From Candidatus Komeilibacteria bacterium RIFOXYD1_FULL_37_29 (GTDB lineage Bacteria; Patescibacteriota; Patescibacteriia; UBA1558; GWA2-36-10), in contig MHKS01000004.1 in assembly GCA_001818495.1 (NCBI GenBank), forward strand, positions 84,657-148,656: 64,000 nt of DNA, in the 5' to 3' direction. The notes below the pieces were generated by a model. The model saw nothing but the letters and a program-made list of their open reading frames with translations. It had not been told where the DNA came from and searched no databases. The translations under genes and the position numbers were made by a program. Positions 10,367 through 19,901 of the stretch are shown piece by piece (position 1 is the first letter of the stretch; every line of letters starts with the position of its first letter).

Positions 10367-10849
10367 ATGCCAGAAAGATTTATTGTTCCACAATTTATCG
10401 ATACAGAAGACAAGATTTGGGGGCCGATTACAGTCCGACAATTTGTGATTATTCTAGCGGGCTTGCTTTTTGGGTTTATTGCCTACAAACTTTCTGATTT
10501 TTCTTTATTTATTTTTTGGGTAATTTTTATTGCATTTTTTGTGGGCGTTTTTGCTTTTTATAAAGTCAATGGAGCACCTTTTCATACTTTTGCTCTAAAT
10601 TTTATTGACAGTACTTTTAAAAAGCCGGCGCTGAGAGTTTGGCATAAAGAATACATTAAAGTACAGGAATTTAAATCCAAGAAAGAAAACCAAAACCCAC
10701 AAGTTTCCATAGCTCATAAACAAATGGTTTCTAGTCGGAAATTATCAGAATTATCTTTGATTATTGATACCGGTGGAGTTTACAAAGGAGAAAAACAAGC
10801 CAATGAAGAGCACTGGGTTGGTTTTTCAAATAAAAAAATTAATGATTAG
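10367..10849 (+). CDS. PrgI-family (VirB3-like) membrane protein
   Basis: VPQFIDTEDKIWGPITVRQF followed by two TM helices. Confidence 0.85.
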   Translation: MPERFIVPQFIDTEDKIWGPITVRQFVIILAGLLFGFIAYKLSDFSLFIFWVIFIAFFVGVFAFYKVNGAPFHTFALNFIDSTFKKPALRVWHKEYIKVQEFKSKKENQNPQVSIAHKQMVSSRKLSELSLIIDTGGVYKGEKQANEEHWVGFSNKKIND

Positions 10850-10851
10850 TC

Positions 10852-11532
10852 ATGAAAAATAAAAAATTAGCTGGTAATAAAGTGGCCACCTCTACTCAGA
10901 AATATTTGGATATTGCCGAAATCCGTGATAATTTGGTGGTTTTAAATGATGGTGCCGTCCGCGGTGTTTTATTGGTTTCTTCTATAAATTTTGATTTAAA
11001 ATCAGAGGACGAGCAGCGAGCTATTATCAGCAATTATGTTGGTTTCTTAAATACTTTAGACTATCCATTGCAAGTGATTATACAATCTCGACCTTTAAAT
11101 ATTGATGAGTATTTAGACAGATTGAAGAGAAAAGAAAGAGAGCAGACCAATGAATTATTGCGTATGCAAACGGCTGATTATCGCGGTTTTGTCCAAGAGC
11201 TTCTAACTCTAGAAAGTATTATGAGTAAAAAGTTTTATATAGTAGTTCCCTATAGTCAGGTCAGTGATAAACGTCGGGGATTTATTAGTCGTTTTGCTTC
11301 AGTTTTTTCTTCGGCCAAAGTTGTCACTTTAAGTCGTAAGCGTTTCGAAGAGTTTAGTGAACAGCTAGATAAACGTTGTAATTTTATTGGTAGTGGTTTA
11401 TCTGGGCTAGGACTAAGAAGCCAGCGTTTGAGTACACAGGCTTTAATTGAACTTTATTATAATAGTTATAATCCTGATATATTTCAAAAACAACCAATGG
11501 AGGATATAAATAAATTAACCGTTGAAACATAA
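10852..11532 (+). CDS. TraC/VirB4 N-terminal-like T4SS protein
   Basis: STQKYLDIAEIRD, SSINFDLKSEDEQ; lies between PrgI and VirB4. Confidence 0.7.
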   Translation: MKNKKLAGNKVATSTQKYLDIAEIRDNLVVLNDGAVRGVLLVSSINFDLKSEDEQRAIISNYVGFLNTLDYPLQVIIQSRPLNIDEYLDRLKRKEREQTNELLRMQTADYRGFVQELLTLESIMSKKFYIVVPYSQVSDKRRGFISRFASVFSSAKVVTLSRKRFEEFSEQLDKRCNFIGSGLSGLGLRSQRLSTQALIELYYNSYNPDIFQKQPMEDINKLTVET

Positions 11533-13454
11533 TGTTTGGTTTTAATAAAATAAAACAAGCCGAGCAAAAGACCAAAGGAGATAAGGATTTGGAAAAATTT
11601 GCTAGTGCTGAGCGGCGGGTTTTGTCTCAAACAGAGGTGATCGCTAGAGAAAAACAGCTGATCGAAGCAGAAAAAGTTTTTAGAGAAGGTATTGTTTCGG
11701 TTAGAGATATTGTAGCTCCTTCCGCTCTGAAAATTGATCCGAGGTTTTTACAGCTCAATGATTTTTATGTCCGGACTTTGTTTGTGATGACTTATCCGCG
11801 TTATGTTACTATTGGTTGGTTTGCACCGATTATCAATGAAAGTTTGACTCTGGATATCTCCATGTTTTTTTATCCTTTGGATATAAAATTGGTTTTAAAA
11901 CAGTTGAAAAATAAAGTTGGTACTATGCAGGCGCAGATTATTGCTGATCACGAAAAAGGTGCACCACGTGATCCGATTTCCGAAACAGCCCTTCAGGATA
12001 TCGAGGCGCTTCGGGACGGCTTGAGTCAGGGTACCGAAAAGTTTTTTCAATTTGCTCTCTATATTACTATTTATGCCAAAACTTTGGATGAACTAGATCT
12101 AGCCAGTGATCGTATTGAAAATTTATTGGGTATACAGCTTATTTATTCTCGTCGAGCTTTATTTCAGGCCGAACAGGGTTTTAATTCTACTCTGCCTTTG
12201 GGTAATGATGAGCTGAGTATTTCTACCAACATGAACAGCTCGCCAATCGCTTCGTCATTTCCTTTTGTCTCTTCCGAGCTGACTTCCGATGACGGAATTT
12301 TGTATGGTATCAATCGGCACAACAATAGTTTGATATTATTTGATCGTTTTTCTTTACAAAATGCCAACATGGTAGTGTTTGCTACTTCTGGTGCTGGTAA
12401 AAGCTATGCTATTAAATTGGAAGTGCTGAGGTCTATGATGTTGGGTACGGATGTTATTATTATTGACCCAGAAAATGAATACCAGCATCTGTCTGAGGCG
12501 GTTGGTGGTGCTTATATCAATGTATCTTTAAATTCTGAGAGCAAACTTAATCCTTTTGATCTGCCCAAGGGTTTTGGTGGCGATAGTAAGCCGGAAGATA
12601 TTATCAGAAGCGCTATTATTACTCTCAAAGGTTTGATCCGACTGATGATTGGTGATATTACCAACGGGGAAGATTCGCTGTTGGATCGGGCTATTTTAGA
12701 AACTTATGCTAAAAAAGATATTACGCCAGCTAGTGATTTGAATAATATTGAACCGCCGATTATGTCTGATTTGGAAGAGGTTTTGATCAGTATGGAAGGT
12801 GGGGAAGATATGGCCTTAAGAATTAAAAAATATACCGAAGGTACTTTTTCGGGGTTATTTAATAGTCCAACCAATATTAAAGTGGATAATCAATTGGTGG
12901 TATTTTGTATTCGGGACCTGGAAGATGAGCTTCGTCCGATTGCCATGTACATGATTATGACACATATCTGGAATATTATCAGAAGCGAATTGAAGCGCCG
13001 AATACTGGTAGTCGATGAGGCCTGGATTATGATGCGCCATGAAGATAGTGCCAAATTTATGTATGCTTTGGTGAAGCGTTGTCGTAAATATTATCTAGGA
13101 GTTACTACTATTACCCAAGATGTTAATGACTTTTTAACTTCTACTTATGGCAATGCTATTGTGACCAACTGCGCTTTACAACTTCTCTTAAAGCAGACTC
13201 CAGCCGCAGTCAATCTAGTTCAGAAGACATTTATGTTGACGGAAGGAGAAAAGTATCTACTGCTAGAAGCTGGATTAGGAGAGGGTATATTTTTTGCCGG
13301 AGCCAAACATGCGGCTATCAAGGTGCAAGCTTCTTATGCCGAGCATCAGATTATTACCTCAGACCCTCGTCAGTTGATAGAAATAGAAGAGGCCAAAAAA
13401 GAATTTGAAGAACAAATGATGGCCGAAGCAGAAAAAAATCCTAATCAAGTTTAG
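11532..13454 (+). CDS. virB4: VirB4/TraC-family T4SS ATPase
   Basis: Walker A ATSGAGKS, IIDPENEY, Walker B LVVDEAW, RCRKY, TQD. Confidence 0.9.
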   Translation: MFGFNKIKQAEQKTKGDKDLEKFASAERRVLSQTEVIAREKQLIEAEKVFREGIVSVRDIVAPSALKIDPRFLQLNDFYVRTLFVMTYPRYVTIGWFAPIINESLTLDISMFFYPLDIKLVLKQLKNKVGTMQAQIIADHEKGAPRDPISETALQDIEALRDGLSQGTEKFFQFALYITIYAKTLDELDLASDRIENLLGIQLIYSRRALFQAEQGFNSTLPLGNDELSISTNMNSSPIASSFPFVSSELTSDDGILYGINRHNNSLILFDRFSLQNANMVVFATSGAGKSYAIKLEVLRSMMLGTDVIIIDPENEYQHLSEAVGGAYINVSLNSESKLNPFDLPKGFGGDSKPEDIIRSAIITLKGLIRLMIGDITNGEDSLLDRAILETYAKKDITPASDLNNIEPPIMSDLEEVLISMEGGEDMALRIKKYTEGTFSGLFNSPTNIKVDNQLVVFCIRDLEDELRPIAMYMIMTHIWNIIRSELKRRILVVDEAWIMMRHEDSAKFMYALVKRCRKYYLGVTTITQDVNDFLTSTYGNAIVTNCALQLLLKQTPAAVNLVQKTFMLTEGEKYLLLEAGLGEGIFFAGAKHAAIKVQASYAEHQIITSDPRQLIEIEEAKKEFEEQMMAEAEKNPNQV

Positions 13455-13492
13455 TTTTAAAGAAAAAATATTAGATAAGTTAATTTAAAAAT

Positions 13493-14047
13493 ATGGACGC
13501 TAAAAGAAAAAAAATACTTCTTATTCTAGCTGTACTCGTAGTATTGATCATACTTTTTTTAATCTGGATACTAAAAACTTCTGATCAAGGGCCGATGGGT
13601 AATGAAAACACCAATACTCCGCCGCCGGTTTTTAAAGCACCGAGTGTCAATTTGGAGTATAAAGATTCCGTAGAGGTCAAACAGACTTCTACCGAGTTTT
13701 CCGTGATTAATTTAGCCAAGACTTATGCGGCTAGATTTGGCTCTTGGTCCACCGATAATCAGGGAGCCAATCTCAACGAACTTTTGCCTCTTAGCACTGA
13801 AAAGATGAGGCAATACATTGCTAGTATTGATTTGGATTTTTCACCACAAGAGTTTCGAGGCAATACCACCAAAAGTATTAGCGCCAAAATAATCAGTTTA
13901 GACGAAAACAGTGCGGAGGTATTGGTCAATACTCAGAAAATAGAAACTAAGGCCAATTTGGAAGAGTCGGTCTACTATCAAGAAGCGACTGTCAAGATGA
14001 TTAAATCGGGTGATGTTTGGTTGGTTGATGAATTTATTTGGCAATAA
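13493..14047 (+). CDS. bitopic VirB8/TcpC-like protein
   Basis: N-terminal TM, NTF2-like beta pattern ending K.GDVWLVDEFIW; downstream of VirB4. Confidence 0.55.
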   Translation: MDAKRKKILLILAVLVVLIILFLIWILKTSDQGPMGNENTNTPPPVFKAPSVNLEYKDSVEVKQTSTEFSVINLAKTYAARFGSWSTDNQGANLNELLPLSTEKMRQYIASIDLDFSPQEFRGNTTKSISAKIISLDENSAEVLVNTQKIETKANLEESVYYQEATVKMIKSGDVWLVDEFIWQ

Positions 14048-14056
14048 TTTTTGTTT

Positions 14057-14536
14057 ATGGCTCTTGATTTAGCATTAAATCCGGAAGATTTAGGAGACGA
14101 CTTCGAAGACGAGGGCGAAGATTTTAATGATGAACTTTCTGAGGCTGGACAAAAAGAGGCTCAGCGTAATTTAGAAAGGATAAAAAAGCAAGTTAAAGAC
14201 AAAATCAAGAAACAGGTTCAGAAGGTAGCTAAGAAAATAGCTAGCAAAGTAACTGTTCGGGTAGTTTCTCTGGCTTGTGGAGCTACGGGTGTTGGACTTA
14301 TTGTTACTTATATTATTTGGACCGGGCAAGCCATCATTGCCAATTGGTTAGGCAAAGACAAAATTATACCAAAATTGGATTGGTGGGAGCTGGTTTTATG
14401 GGGCATTTTAACACTATTATTATTATTTCTCTTAGTAATTTTATTAGCTTTTTTAATAGTAGGTGCGGCTATTAGTAATCCAGTACTGGGGGTAACAATA
14501 CTTGGAGCTGTAGTTTGGAATTGGATCACCAGTTAG
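14057..14536 (+). CDS. membrane protein of T4SS locus
   Basis: Acidic N-terminus, Lys-rich helix, hydrophobic C-terminal helices; ATG at 14057 preferred to TTG 14051. Confidence 0.6.
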   Translation: MALDLALNPEDLGDDFEDEGEDFNDELSEAGQKEAQRNLERIKKQVKDKIKKQVQKVAKKIASKVTVRVVSLACGATGVGLIVTYIIWTGQAIIANWLGKDKIIPKLDWWELVLWGILTLLLLFLLVILLAFLIVGAAISNPVLGVTILGAVVWNWITS

Positions 14537-14553
14537 TATAAATAATATACATT

Positions 14554-15774
14554 ATGGATAAGAAAAAGATTTTTTTGGTCATCGGGTTTATTGTTCTAGT
14601 TTTGGGACTGGGCTTGGCTTTGTATTGGGTGTTTTTTAAACCAACTATTCCAATTACTCCAACAGATAATTTTAACGCTGGGAATTTGCCGGGGATTGGT
14701 AATGGCAATATACCGATTGTCAATGAAAATATCAATGCTCCTGACCAAGGATTGCCCTGGCAACAATATATTAAAGACAAAGTTTCCGATGTAGCCAGTG
14801 GCGGACTGACCAAGGTGTCAGAGGTTTCTGAAAATGAAGTCAGAGGGCTAACTAGTAGTCCCGGTGGTTTGCAATATTATGATGATAATGAACAAAAGTT
14901 TTATCGCATTACCGATAGTGGTACAGTAGAAGAATTGAGTAGCCAATTGTTTTATCAAGTAGAGGATGTGACCTGGGCTGGTAGCGGAGATAAGGCCATT
15001 TTGGAATATCCGGACGGATCAAATATTTTGTATAATTTTAAAAACGGCCAACAAGTGACCTTACCCAAAGAATTGGAAGATTTTTCTTTTGATGCTTCTG
15101 ATAGCCAAATTGCCGCCAAATGGATGGGCTCTAGTGAAGAGGATAACTGGGTGGTAGCATCCAATGATGATGGCTCGGGTATGTATCTTATCCAACCTTT
15201 GGGCGATCAAGCACATAATACTTTTGTCAGTTTTTCTCCAGATAATCAGGTAGCCGTCATGCATAGAAAATATGTGGACGCTCAAAGGCAAGAGGTTTAT
15301 CCTATTGGCTTACACGGCGAGACTTTTAAGGCTTTTACAGTGGCTGGCGCTGGTTTTGAATATGATTGGTCACCAGAGGGCAATAGTCTGGTTTATAGCG
15401 TTTATAATGAAACTAGTAATTACAATCCCAATCTTTGGGTGACCAATGGCAGTAGCAGTGAGTTGGGTGATATCAAAGTATCCTTAAATATTTCTACCTG
15501 GCCAGATAAATGCGCTTTTGTCGGTGAAGATATTATGTATTGCGCTGTACCTCAGGGATTGCCACGCGGTGCCGGACTTTATCCGGAAATAGCCGATCGT
15601 TATCCTGATAATTTCTATTATATCAACTTAAATTCCGGCTCTAAAAATTTGATTGCCAGTCCGGTTGGGGAGAGTGGTAGCTATACAGCCCATAATCTTT
15701 TTGTATCAAACGACCAATCAACCCTATATTTTACCGATCAGAACGGAAATTTACAAAGTATTAAATTAAAATAA
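14554..15774 (+). CDS. membrane-anchored beta-propeller (TolB-like) protein
   Basis: N-terminal TM; FSPDN, WSPEG repeats. Confidence 0.7.
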   Translation: MDKKKIFLVIGFIVLVLGLGLALYWVFFKPTIPITPTDNFNAGNLPGIGNGNIPIVNENINAPDQGLPWQQYIKDKVSDVASGGLTKVSEVSENEVRGLTSSPGGLQYYDDNEQKFYRITDSGTVEELSSQLFYQVEDVTWAGSGDKAILEYPDGSNILYNFKNGQQVTLPKELEDFSFDASDSQIAAKWMGSSEEDNWVVASNDDGSGMYLIQPLGDQAHNTFVSFSPDNQVAVMHRKYVDAQRQEVYPIGLHGETFKAFTVAGAGFEYDWSPEGNSLVYSVYNETSNYNPNLWVTNGSSSELGDIKVSLNISTWPDKCAFVGEDIMYCAVPQGLPRGAGLYPEIADRYPDNFYYINLNSGSKNLIASPVGESGSYTAHNLFVSNDQSTLYFTDQNGNLQSIKLK

Positions 15775-15781
15775 TAATATT

Positions 15782-16549
15782 ATGAAAAATAAACGTTCAA
15801 TTATCTGGGGATCTTTACTACTATTATTTTTAATTTTTCCAGTCTTAGTTAACGCGATTGATGTAACCTATACACCAAATGTACCGATACCGATTAGGAT
15901 TGGTTCTTATGATTTTGGTGGAACAAATATAGTTGGTCCAGATTTTTTGGCTAGCTATATTGTGGCTATTTATACTTATGGAGCAGGTTTTGCCGGCATT
16001 GTAGCCATGTTTATGCTGGTGATTGCCGGTTGGCGTTGGCTTTTTGCCGCTGGTAATGCTAGTAAAATTGCCGCTGCCAAGGACACGGTCAATGGAGTCT
16101 TGGTTGGTTTGGCCTTACTTTTTGGCGGGCAATTGTTGCTTAGGCAAATTAGTGAGAATTTTAGCTCAATTCAAAGTTTGAAAGTCCAATTGCCAGAAGC
16201 AGCTCTCAATGCTATTTCTGCTAATAAGGCTAATGAGGATTTTTGTGCTAGTAGTGGCGAAGGATCTACTACAACAACTCCCAAAAGAGTTGAAGATTGT
16301 GAGGAATATAAAGATCCAACGCAATGTCTTACTGATACTTGTAATTTAATTGCCATTGGTGATTTTGATGACCGTTGTGTACCATTATTTAATAGGTCCA
16401 ATAATAGTTTTACCGGTTGTTCCGATTGTCCCAATACTTGTAGTTGCGATATATATATTAATGAGTTCTATAGAAATGCTGATCCTTGTGATTGTGATGA
16501 GGATAGCAAGTGGGTAGATGATAAATGTGAAGTTGTAGAGAATAACTAA
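15782..16549 (+). CDS. VirB2/TrbC-like T4SS pilin with Cys-rich C-terminal domain
   Basis: Signal peptide; AMFMLVIAGWRWLFAAGNASKIAAAKDTVNGVLVGLALL pilin motif; Cys-rich tail. Confidence 0.75.
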   Translation: MKNKRSIIWGSLLLLFLIFPVLVNAIDVTYTPNVPIPIRIGSYDFGGTNIVGPDFLASYIVAIYTYGAGFAGIVAMFMLVIAGWRWLFAAGNASKIAAAKDTVNGVLVGLALLFGGQLLLRQISENFSSIQSLKVQLPEAALNAISANKANEDFCASSGEGSTTTTPKRVEDCEEYKDPTQCLTDTCNLIAIGDFDDRCVPLFNRSNNSFTGCSDCPNTCSCDIYINEFYRNADPCDCDEDSKWVDDKCEVVENN

Positions 16550-16552
16550 AGT

Positions 16553-18631
16553 TTATTCTAAATGAGTTTCGTTTTTTAGTTTGGCAATCGTAGCTTGCAG
16601 ATCGTGCCGAGCCAAATATTTTTGATCAGTCAAGATGTCCTGAGCCCATTTTTGGGCTTTTTTGATCAGAGCTGTTTCAGATAGCTTGGCTATTTTTAGT
16701 TTAATCAGGCCACTTTGTTTATGACCAAATATTTCACCGCTACCGCGTAGTTCTAGGTCCAAATCAGCCAATTTGAAGCCGTCACTAGTAGTACACAGCG
16801 CCTCTAGCCTTTTTTTACTAACCGACGAAATGTCATTGGTAAATAACAAACAAAAACTATCCAGAGCGTTTCGGCCAATCCGACCACGAAATTGATGCAA
16901 CTGACTGAGGCCAAATCTTTCGGCACTTTCTATGATCATGATGGTAGCTTGGGGGATATCTACACCCACTTCTATCACTGAAGTGGCAACTAAGATAGGG
17001 AATTGATTATTTTTAAAATCGGACATGATTTTTTCTTTGGCGTCGGATTTTAGCTTACCATGAAGCAGGCGGATTTCTAAATCAGGGAAAATATCTTTAT
17101 TTAATTTTTGATATTCAGCCGTGACAGATCTGACACCCAGCTTATCACTGTCATCTATCAATGGGCAGATGACAAAGACTTGTTCTTTATTTTGTATTTT
17201 TTCCCGAATAAAATTGTAAGCATCCAATCTTTTTTTCTCAGGCACTAAAAATGTTTTGATTTTTTTACGACCAGCTGGTTTTTCTTTGATTAGGGATATG
17301 TCCAGATCACCATAAAGCGTCAACGCTAAAGTGCGGGGGATGGGGGTAGCAGTCATAGATAATAAATGGGGCGCTTTGTGGTCTTTATTTTTTTCTTTCA
17401 GCGTTTTTCTTTGTCTGACCCCAAAGCGGTGTTGCTCATCAATAATAATCAAACCAAGTTTTTTAAAATTGATTTTATCTTGAATAAGACTATGAGTACC
17501 AACGACAAAATTGATAGAGCCGCTCGCTATTTTTTTGATTAGCTCAGTTTTATTGGTATTTGTACCGTCAGCCAATAGTTGATGGCTTTTGGTCAGTAGA
17601 GCAATTTGCGGTAAGTATTTAGCTGGTAGTATTTTTTTAATAGTAGCCAAATGTTGATTAGCTAGTATTTCGGTCGGAGCCATCAGGGCTACTTGTAAGC
17701 CGTGTGATAAGACATTCAAAGCTGATAAAATAGCTACGATTGTTTTGCCAGAGCCGACATCGCCTTCAATCAGTCGGTTCATCGGTATATCTTTGTTTAG
17801 ATCAGCCAAGACATCATAGAGAGCTTTTTGCTGGTCTAGGGTCAACTTAAAAGGCAGTGTTTTGATGTTTTGATTTAATAGATGGTTGTTTAAAGAGATT
17901 TGATAAGTGGGTTGAGACTGGTAGTTTTTTTTGGCCAATTGGTATTTGATTTGCAAATAAAATAATTCCTGAAATTTTAGTCTTTGACTAGCCGCTTCTA
18001 AAGATTTTTGGTCACTGGGGAAATGAATCTGTTTAAGAGATTCCATCAGCCAAGGATATTTTTCTTTATTAAGGATTTCCACCGGCAGAGGATCATCAAC
18101 TGGTGTTATTTCTTTTAAGGCTTTACTTATTAAAAAGCGCAGTTGTTTTTGGGTGATTTGGCCACTTAAATGATAAAGAGGCACTATCCGACCGCTGTGG
18201 ATAAGGTCAGCCTTGGCTTTTTCATAGCTGGGACTGATAAATTGCCAGCTAGATTTTTTGGCTTTTATTTTGCCACTGAGATAGACTTGATCGCCGATTT
18301 TAAGTATTTGAGAGATAAACTTTTGTCTAAACCAAATAGCTTCTACTGTACCACTGTCATCTTCAGCTATTAGCTCAGTGATGATCATCTTGGCTCGCCA
18401 AGCCCGGTAGCTTTTGATTTTGGTTATTTTGACGCAAACTGTATTTACTTCATTTTCATCAATATCTTTGACTAACTTGATATTGCTCAAATCATCATAA
18501 CGACCTGGGAAATACCAGAGCAAATCAGCCACGGTGTGGATATCCATTTTTTTTAAATCAGAAGCTAGACTGTTGGCTATGGAGTGCAGTTTTTTGATAT
18601 CCAAATTTAAATCCAGTATTGTTTTGCCCAT
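16553..18631 (-). CDS. recG: ATP-dependent DNA helicase RecG
   Basis: EGDVGSGKT, DEQHRFG, TATPIPRTL, QLHQFRGRIGR. Confidence 0.97.
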   Translation of the reverse strand: MGKTILDLNLDIKKLHSIANSLASDLKKMDIHTVADLLWYFPGRYDDLSNIKLVKDIDENEVNTVCVKITKIKSYRAWRAKMIITELIAEDDSGTVEAIWFRQKFISQILKIGDQVYLSGKIKAKKSSWQFISPSYEKAKADLIHSGRIVPLYHLSGQITQKQLRFLISKALKEITPVDDPLPVEILNKEKYPWLMESLKQIHFPSDQKSLEAASQRLKFQELFYLQIKYQLAKKNYQSQPTYQISLNNHLLNQNIKTLPFKLTLDQQKALYDVLADLNKDIPMNRLIEGDVGSGKTIVAILSALNVLSHGLQVALMAPTEILANQHLATIKKILPAKYLPQIALLTKSHQLLADGTNTNKTELIKKIASGSINFVVGTHSLIQDKINFKKLGLIIIDEQHRFGVRQRKTLKEKNKDHKAPHLLSMTATPIPRTLALTLYGDLDISLIKEKPAGRKKIKTFLVPEKKRLDAYNFIREKIQNKEQVFVICPLIDDSDKLGVRSVTAEYQKLNKDIFPDLEIRLLHGKLKSDAKEKIMSDFKNNQFPILVATSVIEVGVDIPQATIMIIESAERFGLSQLHQFRGRIGRNALDSFCLLFTNDISSVSKKRLEALCTTSDGFKLADLDLELRGSGEIFGHKQSGLIKLKIAKLSETALIKKAQKWAQDILTDQKYLARHDLQATIAKLKNETHLE

Positions 18632-18693
18632 TTAAACTGTTTTAATAAGCTGGACAAAATTGCCCAGCTTAAAGTTTTTTATTTTTTGTATGT

Positions 18694-19275
18694 TTATAAT
18701 TTTAGTATGCGAGATATACCTTCGCTAGTGGGGATTTCTTCTTTTTTTAGATCTTCGTCTAAATATTGGATGAGTATTTCTCTGATGCGAACTGGGTTTT
18801 GATTTTCTAGAGGGATAACCATTCTTTGTTTAATAAAACCCTTGGGTTGAAAATAGAGGTTTTTTATTTCCGGAGGATAGTAGATAATATAGAAATTTTG
18901 AAAATCCTCATAAGGAATAAATTTACTGCCGATAAATATGCCATCTTCGGTCAAGGCTGTTTCTACCATTTTTGGTTCATCTTTGGCCGAGCTAAAGTAT
19001 AAAACAGCAAAAATTACCAAAATAATAGCAAAAAGTAGATTGTCAGAAAAATAGGCGTAGACCAGTAGAGCCACAAAGACAATAGTAAAGGCTACATACC
19101 AGAGGGTTCCTTTTTGATGTTTGATAAATTCTGGAAATTCCCAGAAGGCTAGGACATCGCCATAATCACCAGCACCCGTATCGTCATCTCCCATATTTTC
19201 TACCATTTCGTCTGCTTGTTCAGCAGATGCTTTGGCTTTTTTTACATTTTTGGTATTTTTATTAGTTTTTACCAT
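18694..19275 (-). CDS. two-TM protein with PH-like soluble domain
   Basis: WEFPEF..K..LWY, two TM helices, short beta-rich C-terminal domain. Confidence 0.6.
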   Translation of the reverse strand: MVKTNKNTKNVKKAKASAEQADEMVENMGDDDTGAGDYGDVLAFWEFPEFIKHQKGTLWYVAFTIVFVALLVYAYFSDNLLFAIILVIFAVLYFSSAKDEPKMVETALTEDGIFIGSKFIPYEDFQNFYIIYYPPEIKNLYFQPKGFIKQRMVIPLENQNPVRIREILIQYLDEDLKKEEIPTSEGISRILKL

Positions 19276-19440
19276 AGAATTTTATTAACTAGTGATTTTA
19301 TTATAACATATTCATTGGATTTCAGCCATTGCTCTAGGTATTGTCAAATAGGGCAAAATATATTATTATATAGCAGTCTTTTACGCTATAGAGCTTCAAT
19401 GGCTTAGTGTATTGTTTTATTAGGGTAAAAGTATAATTTA

Positions 19441-19543
19441 GGAGAGTTGGCAGAGTGGTTGAATGCGGCGGTCTTGTTCCCTGTTTGTCCAAGAGCGTAG
19501 CGATTGGCAACAAACAGCAATCCCGCCAAAGGCGGGAAAAACC
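19441..19543 (+). pseudogene. partial duplicate of tRNA-Ser(TGA) interrupted by a hairpin insert
   Basis: 19441-19476 identical to 19578-19613; 61-nt insert 19477-19537; tRNA sequence AAAACC resumes 19538-19543; 3' half absent. Confidence 0.8.
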
Positions 19544-19577
19544 TCCAAGGTTATTTACTAAGCAGAAATTTATTTTA

Positions 19578-19665
19578 GGAGAGTTGGCAGAGTGGTTGAA
19601 TGCGGCGGTCTTGAAAACCGTTGAGCCGAAAGGTTCCGAGGGTTCGAATCCTTCACTCTCCGCCA
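19578..19665 (+). tRNA. tRNA-Ser(TGA)
   Basis: GGAGAGT/ACTCTCC acceptor, loop CTTGAAA, long variable arm, GGTTCGAATCC, CCA. Confidence 0.97.
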
Positions 19666-19741
19666 GTCCTCGTAGCTCAATGGATAGAGCGTTTGGTTGC
19701 GGTCCAAAAGGTTGCAGGTTCGATTCCTGCCGGGGACGCCA
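19666..19741 (+). tRNA. tRNA-Arg(GCG)
   Basis: TTTGG-TTGCGGT-CCAAA anticodon arm, GGTTCGATTCC, CCA; abuts tRNA-Ser with no spacer. Confidence 0.93.
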
Positions 19742-19755
19742 TTTATTTAATTTTT

Positions 19756-19846
19756 GGAGAGGTGCCTGAGTGGTTGAAAGGGGCACCCTGCTAAGGTGTT
19801 ACTCCGTTTTTCGGGGTCGAGGGTTCGAATCCCTCCCTCTCCGCCA
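19756..19846 (+). tRNA. tRNA-Ser(GCT)
   Basis: GCACC-CTGCTAA-GGTGT anticodon arm, long variable arm, CCA. Confidence 0.95.
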
Positions 19847-19864
19847 TAATTTATTTTTTACTCT

Positions 19865-19887
19865 ACTGCCCTAAAAGGCGGTTTTTT
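19865..19887 (+). terminator. terminator after tRNA cluster
   Basis: ACTGCC-CTAAAA-GGCGGT + T-run. Confidence 0.6.
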
Positions 19888-19901
19888 GTTATAATATTAA
19901 T

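Noticed and set aside
899-16549. ICE or conjugative plasmid
   Set aside because: No relaxase or integrase seen, and core ribosomal genes are embedded
19441-19665. Reading the duplicated tRNA-Ser as an intron-containing tRNA or a CRISPR repeat
   Set aside because: An intact tRNA follows, there are only two copies, and the insert is too short for a group I intron
19334-19786. ORFs 19334..19786(-) and 19455..19769(+)
   Set aside because: Shadow ORFs across the tRNA genes
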